DNA of 64,000 nt from Raillietiella orientalis (lineage: Eukaryota): the NCBI GenBank assembly GCA_036172245.1, contig JAYWIR010000005.1:1426001-1490000 (forward strand), given 5' to 3'. Position numbers and translations under genes: made by a program. Shown here piece after piece: positions 22,700-36,563 of the stretch (its first letter is position 1; every line of letters begins with the position of its first letter). Below the pieces are notes generated by a model. The model saw only the letters and a program-made list of their open reading frames with translations. It was not told where the DNA came from and searched no databases.

Positions 22700-24900
22700 A
22701 TGAACATCTCGGAGACACCAGGTTGAAACGCACACCGTCGACCTCATGCGCCCTCATCAGCAGCCACTGGACCTGCGGGTGCGTCTCTTTCCAGGTGCCT
22801 GGAGGCCTCTTGTCCGTTGCATGCTCTATGCTTCACTGCAAATCGAGATCGAACGGTGCTTTCGCGAGCCCCATTCTGTGGGGGAGAGACCCGTCTCCCT
22901 TACCTAGCCGCGGGCCGCAGCGAGCCCACTCTAGGAACGGAAGTTAACTCCTCGGCAGGGTGGAGCTTCCGCCGCGGTGCGTGCACAGTGTCCTCGGACG
23001 AGACGTCGGTGAGGTTTCCTCGCAGAGGCAGCGAGGGACTCCAAGAGTTGCGGCCGTGCACTAGACTCATCCTTGTCAGCAAAGGAGGGGAAAAGGGGTT
23101 TCTTGCTTAGGGATGAGCAATGGCAGCTGCAAACCGGCAGGATGGAGGCTTCTTCTCATCTGAGCTACTGACGCTTAAAGAAGCACTCCGGGTGCGGGCG
23201 CGACCAGACTCCTAGGCGAATGACCGGATGATCTGCATTAGGGCGCGGCCACACACAGTGGGGGATGGTGAGCCGGTCGAACACTCGCGGGTTCCCGTGA
23301 ACGAACTGGTGGCTCTCTAGAACTGTGTGATCAGCTCCGTGCCAACCCTGCCTCTTCAGCGCACGGCTTTCCAGGATCCACAGTGAGATAGATCTCTTCA
23401 TCAGATCCCTAAACTACCCACAGTGAGATAGGTTGGAAGCGAGCCTGAACTTCTTGCTGTGTTAGTGGCGCCCTTGTGTAAGGATGAGAGAGCACAGCCG
23501 CAGCCCCCTTCTACCCATCTAACGGGCACGCCTGTGCATCTCCAGAGGCGTTCGTTGCTTGCTAGAAACCTCCCCACTTCTGACGATGTCGTGCTACCTT
23601 CGGGGCACCGTGTTAGATTTGAAGAGGCAGCAGCGCCAGGAATGCTTACGATGACTTCCGTATTATGCCATGCCAGAAACTGGTCCCACCCTGGTAGCGA
23701 AAGAAAGTATGGCTTGAATGATGGAACGCCTCGGGAACGGAATGACTGGAATTCGGGCATCCCGTTGAATTTCCAATATCCTTCGGATCATCATTTATTG
23801 TCTTTACTTCGCACAGACGACCCTCTTCAGAGTGAAGTCCAGTGTAGACTCCTACACTGCATCTGCTTCAGGGAGAAACCTGCTTCCCTTCCCACTGCAC
23901 GTCTGTTTGTCGCGATAAACGTCTTGGCTCAACCAAGGCTCACGAGCCATTCATCTGTAGCTCGACCCATAGGTTTCTTCCTACTGTGAGGGAAATTCCA
24001 GCAACGTGAGTTCCACTTCCCGGAACAAGTCATTTCCCGTGATGGCATCCTGAATTAGAATGAACCGAAAGAAATCGTTGTTGGCATCCATTTTTCCATC
24101 CAGCCTTCAACGCAAACTGACGACGGGGCTTTTCGTGATGTCAGCTGTTTCGTCGGATGACAAGAACAAGACAACCGGAGTTCTGCATTCCTGAAATTTA
24201 CAGTCCATGAGGTTATTCGCCACCTCATTAATTTTGCTCACAGCCCTGAGGGAGAAAACCGAGGTTTCCTAACCCCCGCCTCGTCTAAAGATTTGCTTTA
24301 AAGCATTCTTTGGACGACTCTCTTTCCAAGTGCAATTCGAGCTATTTTGCAATTATCCCACTTATGACAATCCTTGCTTTTCCGTCCGAACTCTTCTCAG
24401 CAGCTGTTAGAAGCTCGGTTGCAGAGTCCGTTTTAAGCTCAACTTTTTCACATTACGAGCTTTGCCGGAAGTATTTTTGACTTCGAAATTGTTGTCTAAT
24501 GAAATGCCTTTCTACATTGCTTTCCATCTTACCATCATCTTTCAAGGAGGAAAGTTCTCGAGTTCAAGAAGAGTTAAACTCCGGTTCCCATTGGCCAGAA
24601 GTCTCTCTTTCCTCCCTTACGAGAACTTAAGATCTTAGTAGGGCGCTGCCACCAACGTAGATCGGGAGTAAATTGAAAATCTCCTAGCAAAAGAAGGCAA
24701 TTGGACCAACCACACTTCTTAAACACTCTTCGAACTTACATATCTCTCAAAAAACTCATATTCCATGCAATCTTTGGTATAACCAGAAGCTGTTTACAAA
24801 GGATTTTTTTTTGTTTACTTTTGAACGTGCGGAGCAGCACATTTACGCCAGCAAATATCACAGTGAGCAGATTCACCCCAATTTCAAGAAAGCCTCGTTG
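22700..24900 (-). mobile_element. Possible highly decayed RT/RNase H-type LINE relic
   Basis: Only weak fragments (SPVVSL..AG near 24110-24140; GCGCAL..LPTYLTV near 23420-23520). Family and limits are uncertain. Confidence 0.3.
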
Positions 24901-27900
24901 GACCACCGGTTGCTCACTCCGGCCTTAGGCACGCCCAAACAATTTAATCAAAACAACTGCTAGGTATGCGTTGCCGCATGACGAGGCAAATCTATAAACT
25001 GGCTAAGGAAGATTGCCTGCTCCCGCAAACGTGATTATGGGAAAGTTAGGAGTTCAATTCGGGAAGCTTTCAAGAGTGCAGTAATCCTGTAAAAGTATCC
25101 CATTCCCCCAAACTTTTTGGCTGTGCAATACAATACGCAAATATACATCGCAATTGAGCCCGCAACCCTAAGAAGAAACTGAAAATAATTAACTGAATCG
25201 AAGCTAAACAGAGCTGGTCATATCTTTCGTAAATGTGACAGCAAATTCGTTAGGTAGTGATACGAACGGAATCCATTCGGCACCGCAAGACTACTCTTTC
25301 GTGTTTGTCGCATTTGCTCGTCTTGCACTCACGCAAAAACGGCGTAGATCCTGCTGCCTTGGAATCACCACTGCGTCATCAAAAGTGCGGCTGAGATGCC
25401 CAGTGTCTAAAAACCATGCTCCAGACAGATAATTGCCTATTCGTACTCATTTTTATTCCTTGACCACTCTTACATGGCGGCCTTTCCTTTGAACTTGGCA
25501 AAGGATCACTTTGGAACCATTTTCTGAGCACTCTTGGAGCCCGAGTTCCAAACCATTATGTTCGCTCTCGGTCACCCCGGGACAGTTATCAAAAAAAAAA
25601 ATCTGCAAAAAAACAGTCATTCGATAAACGAAAAGCCTTTCATTCTTAGTGGGACTATAACTCCCTCTAGATCGTTCTGAGTTTAGGAACGATCTAGAGG
25701 GAGTTATAGCTGTGTCTCTTCTGGAGAGCAGATTTCCGAGATAGGCCCACTCAGGAAACAATGAGAGAAGAGCAAATAAGCAAAACGAAAACTAAAAGAA
25801 ATTCTTTTCAGATGGAGGAAGGACACGGAAAAGGTTCACAGCAGGCTTGCTGGTGTCCTCGTGCTGAAGAGCAGAGGGGGCAGGCTATCTCCCTGCCGTG
25901 TGACTCGCGTCACAGACACGTCATACACGTGCCCGGCTCCCTAAAAATTACTTATTCCCGTATTGCGACAGCTGGAGCGCGGGTCGATCTGAAAGACGGA
26001 CGGGAATCCTATGGGATCCCGAAGCTACAGCAGGAGCTCTTGGTCCCCTCCCCGTCGAATGCTTTCTGCAAAGTCGACTGCGATCGCAAGGGTGTCCAGC
26101 ACGTCTGCTCCCCACGGTCTCCGTCCCAACGAGGAATGCAAGACTTCCGGGCCACTTGACGCGACGCCTTGTTGCAAGTGGATCCACGGACTTGCCAGAA
26201 AAGGTTAGTTTCCATGCTCCGTCCGGGTACATCCTAAGTCTGTTCCAACTAACCGCTCCTGGCATTTACGTTTACCATGTGGTTCCTGTGGTTCATCCCC
26301 AGAAATGTCAGATGCTTGTGATGCCTGCTGGAGCTTCATGAAGGACAACATGAATTTCTTTTTGTAATATTGGGAAAAAGGGTAGTTTATCCCAGACTTC
26401 CTTGCCCTTATAATATTGGTGCATACCATTTCATCTGTTCACCCAAGTATTCCACTCATGTTTGGATGGGACACCAAGTTTGCTGAGATCCATTGTTCTT
26501 AGAAATACGAAGGAAACCCTCAGGACATTCAGATATGACTGTAAAGCAAATGAACCCACAGCAACTGAGGATTTTCAATACCTAAATGATTTTTTATTCA
26601 ATCTTTTTCTTTATTTTTTATACCATCAGTACATCTCCATGCTGAATTCCTAAGCCTCTTGAAGACAAGGAATTAACAGTTTTTTAAGCAACAGCACAGT
26701 GGGAATCAAGAAAATCAAACATTTGAAAACTGTCCACAAAACATGACAAATGAAAATTGATCAAAGAATGCATGGCCACAAAACTGATTTTAGAGTTGCT
26801 CCAAGAGAAGATTGCAGCAGATGATACCAGTGGTTGGTCTTTGTGAACTTGACCAAATGTATGAAAGCTTCTGCCATGTTAATCAGTTCCTTACTGTATA
26901 ATGTACTTTACAAAAAAACCAATATAAGAATATGTACAATTCGCACTTTGAAAACTAGCAGCAGCAAAGCATAAAATGAAATGGAAAAAATTGGACAACT
27001 TAACCCCTGGTAACAGATAAACAGGTACACTGGTTACATTCTTTAAGGCATTTTGCCTTTGGAAAGGAACTAGTTGATGAAAACTGCAGTATTCATAAAG
27101 AGATGCTGCCTGTGCAAGTGTGACACTTTGCACTTGAGTTCTAGAAAACTCATGAAGCAGAAACTGCTGAGCCAGTGAGCGGACAGCAAGTAATGCAACT
27201 CATATCAAACAAATAAGAGATACATAAGGAGTAATTATGCGTGTTGGATGCTACACTCCTTCTTCAGGGATGCTCAGATAATAAAACCCATAGGATCTTT
27301 GAAGAAAACATGATTACCTCTCTTATTAAGAAATGTTATTCATGCTCTCCAGTTTAAAGCTTTCTGATCTCTACGTAATTAAACATCCAAACACTCTCCA
27401 TTTGGCCAAATTACCACAACAGAGTTCCTCTAAGAAGGCTTTTGAGACTGTGGGGTGCACACCCCTTGCTGCAACTAGATCCAAACAAGGACACTGATCT
27501 AAGGGTCTCCAACAGTTTTCACAATTCAATCTCATACAAAATGGATGGTATGCCTCAAAAATTATTCAAAACCTACTTTCAACAATGTATCTTAATTTAC
27601 TTTCATTCTAAAATACTATCAATGCATCCTGAAGTGTTAAGGGTGATAGGAGCAGCTCTGTCAACTAAAAAAGCTGTGTTCATAGGAATTTAACAGCAGC
27701 TAACGGGTGCAAAGCATAATAATCTGCTGCAAGTTAACCAGTTGGCAACAGTAGATCAGACTACAATGGGTAACTTTCCATGGTATGTAGTCCTTCTTTG
27801 GTCTGCTTATTAAAACAAACTCATTTACAGTGGAAGAATGGGTTTCACAGCTTTCATAGCAAATACCATCTTCTTATTTGCTGCCTACTTTTTATTGACG

Positions 27901-30599
27901 GCACACCTACGAAATACTTGCCGATTCTGCGGGCTCTTGTCGTCACTCCTCTAACGGCTCAAACGTGTATCAAGGAAAGGAAGAAGTCTCGGGATGAGGG
28001 TTCCTCTAAGCTGCTGGAGATCCCGGCCTCCATAACGTATGAGGCTTTGCAACAAGGGTCTCTTTCCGTGCCCTACGCAGGCGTGGGAGATGGAAGCTTC
28101 GGCTTCACAAAATCACCTCACTTGATTCAAAGTAATCGTAGTCACAACTTCAGTACCTTCTGCAGGCTACCCGAAGGTGTGCAAATAAAGTGACCAGTTC
28201 TTTCCATGCAACAGTTATGCTTCCTGTTGGCAAACCTGAAGGCTTCATGATGCAATGGATGCAGTCTGCAGCTTCTCTAATCAGCACGTACGGAAAGCTT
28301 CAAAATCGAAGGACGACCACGGGAAGTGTCTTGGGGGGGGGGGGGGGGGGGAAGGGGGGGGGGACAAGTCAACGGATGAAAGCGGAATAACGACCAGATG
28401 CAAAAGGATCGATTATTCGTTATTAATAACTTAGCCTTATTACAAGTAAAACTACACATAATTGCATGGGATGTTCTGTGATTTATCATTGTCAATGCTC
28501 AAGCTTACCAGAAGTGACACGCAAACTACATTTTGTCAGCGCCGAGTTTCTTCCCAAATGGGCACCGCTGATAATATCAACTCCACGTGTCATTTCCCAA
28601 ACTTGGCGATTAGTTATTTATTTTCATTGAAATTGAATGTCAAATAGAGGTGGGCAAAGGCTCTTAACCGTCTCCCACGACATCTTGATCATCTCATTAT
28701 AAAGATAAATACATAATCTGGGACATGAGTGCTCCCATCTACCTGATCAAGCTAATCTCATTAGTTCCACAGCAGAAAAGTATTTTGAAGATATGCGGAT
28801 TCATATTGGTGCAGCCCGAAGATCAGCAATTCACTTGGCACATTGGAGTGTTTCTTATTCCTCATGCCAAACTCTTGAAAGGGCATCCATTCCGAAGAGA
28901 AAAAAACAGAAACAGGATGCAGTGGAGTTATCTTTGCAATTCATTTGCATAATCTTCCAACTGTCAAGGGAAATTTTCCTTGTTCTTATCCTTCCCCTTC
29001 TTCTTTTGTCTTTTTCCAACACTATTTTATTTAGAATGAGCATGTTCGTATTTAAGGTCAAATAGCACTTCCCGATTGCTGAAAAAGCTTTCATGTGCCC
29101 AATATTAAGAAGGCCATTCCTGATTCTTTTCTTTTCTTACCATTCGTTCTACTGATGCTGCATTGGAGCAATATTCCCTAAGGCTTAAACGTAGCAAAAT
29201 AATTTGTCGTTTTCACTAAACGACTGACTGGGAGAGTTGTGTTCATGCATATGGAAGCAGCTATCAAGATCTTATTCACAATGTGCGTTCAGTGGAAATG
29301 TTTCTTCATCCATGATTTACAGCTGGTTCTCCTTGGACTTAAACAAACTTTTTTGTTGCCAAAGTTACCAGCGATGCTTGCAGATGTTTCTGTGCAAACA
29401 CTGGACGTGTAGCAGTGCCAGAAACCCATATGAATGCCCTGATTTTCATTTTTCATGAGTGGTGGTAGGAAGGAAAGCTCTTCTTGCTTACGGCTTCTGG
29501 ATCCAATTCTTTGTGCTGCCCACAGATTTCTTGCGGTTCCTTGTTCTTCAATCCTCTGTGCTCATTGCTCCCATTATTCAGTTATTTCTGTCGTCATCAT
29601 CGACCGCACGATTTATCGACTGTTTGTGGTTTTGACATTTATAACTCACCTCGTGTTACGATCACCTTTCTTTTATTTTTGATCTTTCGTTCCTATCTAA
29701 AGTTCAGAAGCGATTGCACTTGTGTTGCTGATACGTAGAGCTTTCGAACTTCTAATAGGAAGCTCTTCCTAGTGTTGCTCCAAGAAACGTTAAATCCGAT
29801 GATGACGAAACCTGATGGCATGTTTACTTTGGATGGGGCATTCCGATTTCCCTTTTATCTGTTTGAGTTTTTTCCTCTCGAGGATCCATTCTGCCGCTTC
29901 TGAGGTCTAGGCTTTCCTCGACCTGAAGTGCAACTCCCACTTGTCTTTTTTGGACTTTGTCCTTTTGACACCGTGAAGGCTTCCATCTTCATCGTGCCCG
30001 CTTGTTTCCGTTACATTCAGAGGATTGATTCCTCGTTTTGTTTTTCTCGACTGAACTTTCTGCTTTGCTTTCGCGGAAGAGCACTTTTTTTCGAAAAATG
30101 TTTCCTAAATGCTTTCCCATCCGGACTTTTTCTTCCCGTGTCATACGAACCGAATTATCGGGGAACCGAATTTCATGGAAGAAATACTGTCCAGATTTCT
30201 CCCTGATGCCAAACTCCATTTCCTGAAACACGAGTTGTTGGCAAAGGGAGCCGCTTCAGTATCCTCTGGCTTTGCTAGTGGACGCTTCTGTGACTGCCAC
30301 CATTTTCAAGCTCTCTCCTCCTCGGAATTTTCTTGGACATCCAACTGCAAAACGGTCAACGTGTATTGGGTGAACGCATCATGTGATTTCAAGCAGTTTC
30401 GTCTGGACGTTTCGGGTAGCGCTGAATTTCTCCTTCGTCGTTCTGTAAAGCATGGACTGAGAAGCTAACCTTACAGATTTCTCACCCTGATACTGACAGA
30501 TGTTCTCAGTGAACCTTTGGATGCAAATAGACAGAGAAGGAGCACAGTAAGCACGACGTCTTCAAGAAGGTCAAGGATATGAATACTGGGGAAGCACAA

Positions 30600-31000
30600 A
30601 GATCCACGAGGGATGAATTCAGAACAACAGGCACGCACCTTTCCAGTATGCTGCACTGCCTCAGGGGCAGACCTCCATAGTGGAGGGTAATCTGACACCC
30701 GACCGGGAAGGAAGTACCCCTGGAAAACTGCAAACCCAGCTGGATAGCGGCTTAGCTGCGGAAAGCGTCCAGAACCACAGGATTGAGACGGAAGGCGACG
30801 CACCTGGACGTCTCCTAAAGCTCGGTGGAAGCCCCTCCCATTTCTCGCGGATTCCCGCGCCAGTCCGCCATCTTCTGGCCCCAATAATGCAATGGGTCTT
30901 ACCCGGAAGCGGTCCCCCCAGCCTCGCATCGCTGGGGAAAATAGATCCCCGCTGTCAAAGACGCGGAGGAAGAGAAACGTTCCCGCACCTTCTCTTGAAA
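30600..31000 (+). mobile_element. Degenerate Tx1-like ORF2 C-terminal fragment
   Basis: MQWVLP...KIDPRCQRRGGRETFPHLLL matches the LHWGLP...C..C..E.LPHLL segment of the other copies. Confidence 0.6.
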
Positions 31001-32994
31001 TTGTCAAATAAGGGTGGCGACGAGTGGCGTACAGTCTGTTCCCTGACGGATGCGGGATCCAAGGAGCCGTTCAGTCGGTTCTTCCGGCGAAACGGACTGA
31101 CTTAAGCAGCGTAGGCAGCCGTTGCCTGCTTCCGACGGTGGTTGCTGGGCGCTCCCCAGAATTCCAAAGGACTCGGAAAGGCGTTCTCCAGATGTACAGG
31201 GACCTGCTCCGTACGGCCAGAGGATGGAAACACCTGAGGAGTGGGAGGCGATCCTTTGCAGACACAACAAACCCGGCGAATGTCCCTCCTCCTTTCCCTG
31301 TCTCCAACAAGGAACCGCTAACGTGACTTCTTTTCTCTCCGCCCCGCTGGATTGTAGGGTCAATGTGTGTTTGTTTATGTGAAAGTAAACATCTCGGCAC
31401 AATCGGGTACAAATCCCTAGTATTTCGACATCTCCCGATGCTATGTGCATTTTTTTCATAATTGATATGTAATCAGAGGTACAGAATTCACCTATTTTGC
31501 TAATCACCAAATGTCCTATTCGAAAAAGCAAAAATAAAGTCTGGCTGAATTCCGCTTCCTCATCCCTCCACGACGCATCGCGTTCATTTGCTATTCCAGA
31601 CAAGAAAGGGAACGAAGATCGAGAGACGTAGGAGAGAACACACACATACACACACAAAAAAATCAATATCCCCGCACTAATAATTGCAAACAAAAAGCCC
31701 TAGGACGGTCAGTACGTGCCGTGATCACCAGGTCATGCTCTTGGACCAGCCGTCGCCTGCATGGAAGGAAGCAGGCTTGCCAGGTAGCGCCGGCCACCGC
31801 CCCCGGCACGCGTCCGAGACAAGAGTCTGCACTGCAGCTTTGCATCCGTTTGTCGTCGCCTGCGTGTCGATCTCCTGCATGGGGTGAATATCCAGGAGCG
31901 TTCGGATGCAGCACGGAGTCGGGTCCCGCGGCTTTCGTGCAGACCCCTTCGCAAAAAACCAAAGGCGCCCGCTCGCCTTTCCTCGGAGCGATGCTTCTTC
32001 GGGACCTCCGGCACGCAGAACCTGGGGTTTTCGCTTCCTCGACGAAGTCTTCTCGTTGAATCCGCCGCCGTCCTTCCATCTTGCCGAGCTTTTGCGCGGC
32101 AGTGCAGTTTGCGCTGATCCGACGCACGGAAAGGTGTAACCCCTGAAAAGTGGGGTTCCCATGTCGCCAGCCCCACCGCCGCTCAAGGGGATGTTTGGGC
32201 GGACCCTTAGGTCTCGGTCGAGGACGGCTAGTTCGTGCTCCGTCGGGGCACGAGAGCGAGCATGAGCCCGTTTCCTTCGCCATTCCTGGTTGCCAGAGTT
32301 GCGCTCCCTGCTGCCTTCTTCGATCGCATCTCCTCGTCGCGTCCTCCTCTGAGCGCCCTTATTGTCAGCGTGGTCCTGCTGATACCCTGAAAGCATCGTG
32401 GTTCGCTGAAACGCGAGGTTCCTGCTGTGTGCTTCCCGCTAAATGAAGGAGCATCCCGGTTCGTAGTGACATCCCCCGGCAGTGGCAAGCTGGACCGGAG
32501 AAGAAGACCTCCTCAGCGGCAGTTGCGTTCGCTGCTTTTCTAGTATGAGATGACGAAGCGTCCGAGTTCCATGCAAGTGCAAGGGGGCAAGTCCGATGAC
32601 GTCACCGTGCAACCATGCGCGGCACGGTCTCTACCGGAAGCGTGCGAACGTCTGTCGGCGCACCAGGAGGAGCCGGTTCCGGCGCTTCGCGAAGGGCACC
32701 ACGAGAAGACTGGTGCAGCTGGCGGGGCTCCCTCGTCTTCAGCAAGAAGGGCATCCCTCCGCCGGAGGATCAGCTCATCAGCGAGTTTCCCCGGTCCTTC
32801 CTCCTTGACAGGACTTGCACCCAGCCTCTGCGGCGACCACATGCCCGACGAACGCAACACTCGCGTGAATCCAGGATTTCTTATGGTCTTCTCAAGCTGC
32901 TTCAGAGTGCACCTTCTGAAGCTCACGGGGAAGGAGAGACAAACGTGGGGGAAAGGGAAGAGGGGACGAAGTCATGGGAACCTGGTTCCTCTGA

Positions 32995-34315
32995 CGCCCG
33001 GTTGCACCGGGGTGTTTATGTATAGAAAAAATAAACATAGGAGTCAGTATCACACCAGTAAAATACACATATCGGTTAGAACCAAGCGTCTTGCCACGTT
33101 ACAAATGTAACCATGGGGACCTGCCGAGAACCGGAACGCAGGTCGGCGGGTTTCGTCTCGGCAGCAAAGGGGGAGGAGAAACAACAAAAAAAGCAAAAAT
33201 AAAAATACGAAAAATTGAAAGGGTTCGGAAAGGGATCACCGGATGCTGGAGGGAGCCCTCTGCATCCCTGCAAGGATGCCGGCAAGTTCCTGTTTCAAGG
33301 CTTCCGGGTGGAGCCATCTCGTTGCCTTGCCATCCTCGTGAAGCGGACGGCTAAGTGGATGTGGTACCCCTGTCTCTCGGTTCTCCTGTTGCGTCGTTCC
33401 AGGCAGCGGCAATCCTTCGTAGGCATCAGAGGACTACTGGAGAGCTGCAGGGCGAAGTGCATCGCGAACGAGGAGGAGACTTAAAGGGTCCCTGGGGTTT
33501 CCGCTGAGGGTTCCTAGGGTCGCGACGAAGCGTTCCCAGAGGGGCCGGAGGGCAACACAGCCCACTAGCAGGTGCGCGAGCTGGGATTCCTGATCCCCAC
33601 ACCTGGCACAGTTCGGGTTCGGTGATGCCTGCGGGCGTTGCACGAGAGGCCCCAGGGCAGCAGCACCAGCGGCGCCGACTCCTGTCACTCTGAGGGGCGT
33701 GTGGGTGTTCAAAAGCACTGGGGAAGGGCGGGTGGAGGTGGATCGACGTCCACCACGGACGAAATACAGCGCTGCCGGACGCGAGCGGCAGAGGGCACCA
33801 TGGTTTCACCAGGTGCTTCCGACGTCCCTGAGGGGCGTGGTTGAGGTTTCGAGTTGGGCTGGGCTGAGCTGTCCGTCAGGAGGTCCTTGAGCCGCCTACA
33901 CTCCAGCCGGGTTTCGTACCGCGTTCCTTAAATAGGGAGGTATCCATAGAAACGGGGCCACAAGAGTTCTATTCTCCTGCATACCGTCTCGAAGTTAGGG
34001 GGCAGCCCGTAGGGGTCACCCCATGAATCCATGAAGGCTCCGGAGGAGGAAAGGAGTCCGTTCCTCGTTACTCTTGGTAGGGCACCCCAGAGGGAACCAA
34101 CTCTTCCTTATTCTTTCCGCAGAAATCCCCCTGAAAGCATGTGCTCCTGATCCCCTCCTTCGAAGGAAACCCCGAAGGGAGCAGCGCTTTTCTCACACTC
34201 TGGAGAGGCAGCCCTCGATGGGGGTATCAACCAGCTGACTGAAACGCGATCTCTTCTCCCCCCCGAGGGGGAGGGCAGTTCCATCTTCACTACTGGAGGG
34301 GAACCCCGAAGGGCT
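32995..34315 (-). mobile_element. Headless copy of the composite SINE-like element (body plus Tx1-derived 3' tail)
   Basis: Body repeat ~34315-33950 joined to the Tx1 C-terminus (CARCGDQESQLAHLLVGC), 3'UTR motif at 33121-33164, terminal hairpin at 32995-33020. Confidence 0.75.
33398..34119. repeat. 722-bp exact duplication, copy 1 (copy 2 at 59745-60466)
   Basis: Four ORFs translate identically at a constant offset of 26347, and I saw no mismatch reading the two tracts. Confidence 0.9.
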
Positions 34316-35839
34316 TCTTCATGGGGAAGAGTTGCACTGTTCTAGCCCGTTGGGGCCACTGTTCCTCCCCCTTCGGAGGACAAGGAATTTGTAGCTGGCA
34401 CCTGATTGGTCAGGTGGAGATCTGCTCCTGCGCCTTTGCCCACCGGGTGATCTCTTGCTTTTCTTGCGCTCCCGGATCGCCGGAGAGGAGCTGAGAGCTT
34501 CCTCTGTCCACGGTCGCGATCGAGGAAGGCTCGCTTCCTGCCTCCGCTGTGCGCCCGCCGTTGCCAGGGAACGCCGCGGAGCACCCGGGTTCCGAAGGAT
34601 TGTCATCAGCACCTCCTTCTTTGTGGAAAACGCCCTGGCGTCGCCGCAGGGACGAAAATCTTCCTCTCAGGAGCAGCCGGGCGCCACTCCGTGAAGCGCA
34701 AAGACCGACCGCCACAGACCGTCTGGATGTCGGCTACGAACCGACTGGACGCAGGCTCCCTGCTGCTCTTGGCTTCAAGGAACGGAAACTGCGAATGGGA
34801 AGAAGGGATCTCATGGGCGCAGAGGAGGAAGGCGGGGCCGGGGCGGCAGACAGGCATTCAGGGGGAGCAGGCGTGGCGTGACGTGAGGAGTGCAGGAGCT
34901 CGCACTTCCGGGAAGGCGTGCGGGGTTCTTCGCACGCGAAGCTCACGAAGGGCAATGCACGAGCGTCGGACACGCTGATCTCTTGCCAGGTCATCGAGAG
35001 AGCACTTGGGTTTCCCCCTCGAGCTGCACGGTAGGCGTGCCTGCGGAAAAATGGACAGAGCACCACCGCAATCTTCATACCGCTTTCCACGCCATCACCT
35101 GCTCCCCATGCCATGGTCGCCGCCCTCATTACAGTGGATTCCGCCTCCCATAACACATCTGACCGCCAATGCCTCCACCCCATTCATTAGAATCGTCTAC
35201 CCCCCGTAAGAGGACCCCTTCCTTCCGCGCGCGGAGTTCCTTCTGTGAGACTACCGCGAGACCTCTGCCAGAACTTTCGGTGGTGTTTCGCCCGGCCCCT
35301 CCCGGCGTTTCTCCTTTCCCCGACCGGGGCAGAACCGAAGAGGCGCCATCGAGCGTGCTAGCGGCGCCAGGCGAGCGGCAGCGGCTGCTCGATTAACGAC
35401 AACGTGCATCCGAGACCCCAAACCGAAAGCCTCGGTTTCTGTTAGCAGCGCACCGGGTTCTCGTCGCTGACGAGGAATTCCGGAAGGAGCCCTGGAGTGA
35501 GGTCCGCGAGGCGAACCTTGGGCGTCTCCGCGGTCTGTCACCAACCCTGCTCGGGGTCATCTCTGGATAGGGTCGGCCGGCGTTGGCGGGTCGCGCGGAG
35601 CCTCACGCGTGAGGAGTGGGAAGGGGGGAAAGGAGGGAAAGGAGCCCTCAGGCAGACGCGAGGAAGACTCCCTATGCGCGCGGGAACTCCTCCCCACCCA
35701 GTCCCACCCGCTCCCCCCTGCGGGCGCACACCCCGAGGAGAAGGAAGACATTTCACTGCCACGTCCGTCTGCGGGCGGCGCCTGTGGTTGGATCCGACCC
35801 TTGGGAAGCTCGCTCAGGGGGTCTTCAGCCAAGCGCGCG

Positions 35840-35970
35840 CGAAGGAGGAGGAAAAGGAAGTGGAGAAAGGGAGGAGGAAGGGAGGAGGAAGAGAAGGAGG
35901 AAGGGAAGAGGAGGAGGAGGAGAAGGAAGAAGGGAGGAGAGAGGGAAGAAGGAAAGAAGAGGAAGGAAGG
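35840..35970. repeat. Purine-rich (GA) low-complexity tract upstream of the calbindin gene
   Basis: Directly visible. Similar tracts occur at ~46120-46360, ~47690-47810 (CT) and ~63610-63725. Confidence 0.85.
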
Positions 35971-36424
35971 CGCGCGGGAGTCTGGCGGCGCGAGTGCGCC
36001 GCGGGCCTCCCATTTGGACGCAGACGCGGCAGCGAGCGCGAGTCGCGGTCTCGTGCGGGCCTGCTGCGCATTCCGCCGCCGCCCGTCGCCGACGCGCCAG
36101 CAACCCGCCGTGCGTGTGCGATCGATGACGGGACGCCGCTGCTGATCAGGGAAGGCCAACCCAGGTACGTGCGCCGCCGCCGCCGCCGCCGCCGCGGGGC
36201 GGGGAGGGGGGGAGCGGCGGCATCTGGGCACGCTCGCGCGCAGGCAGCGCCGCTGCCGCGCAAGTGGCGACTGCGGGAGGCAACGCGCGCGCCGCGCCAG
36301 GGCGAAGAGCGCTGGATCCCCCTAAGGGGTGTGGACAGTGGGGGTGGAGAGTAAAAAGACCAGGAAGGGTCGCTGCCACCCACGCCTCCCGAAGATGCTC
36401 CTTGTCCCCAGGCGCGACTGCAGG

Positions 36425-36563
36425 ATGTCCAGGGACGCTGCTGGCGCAGAGCCTACGCGCCACGCCAACTTCATGCGGCAGTTCCGCGACCGGGAGAGCC
36501 GGGAGCTGCGGCGGCTGACGGCCAACCAGTTCATGGCGGTGTGGAGCCACTACGATGAGGACG
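36425..36563 (+). CDS. Cbp53E: Calbindin-32 coding exon 1
   Basis: MSRDAAGAEPTRHANFMRQFRD...VWSHYDEDG; donor GTGAGA. The ATG choice is less certain than the internal exons. Confidence 0.85.

Noticed and set aside
34880..35220. Possible AP-endonuclease relic (ALITVDSASHN resembling LI.GDFNSH)
   Set aside because: A single weak motif, not enough to call.
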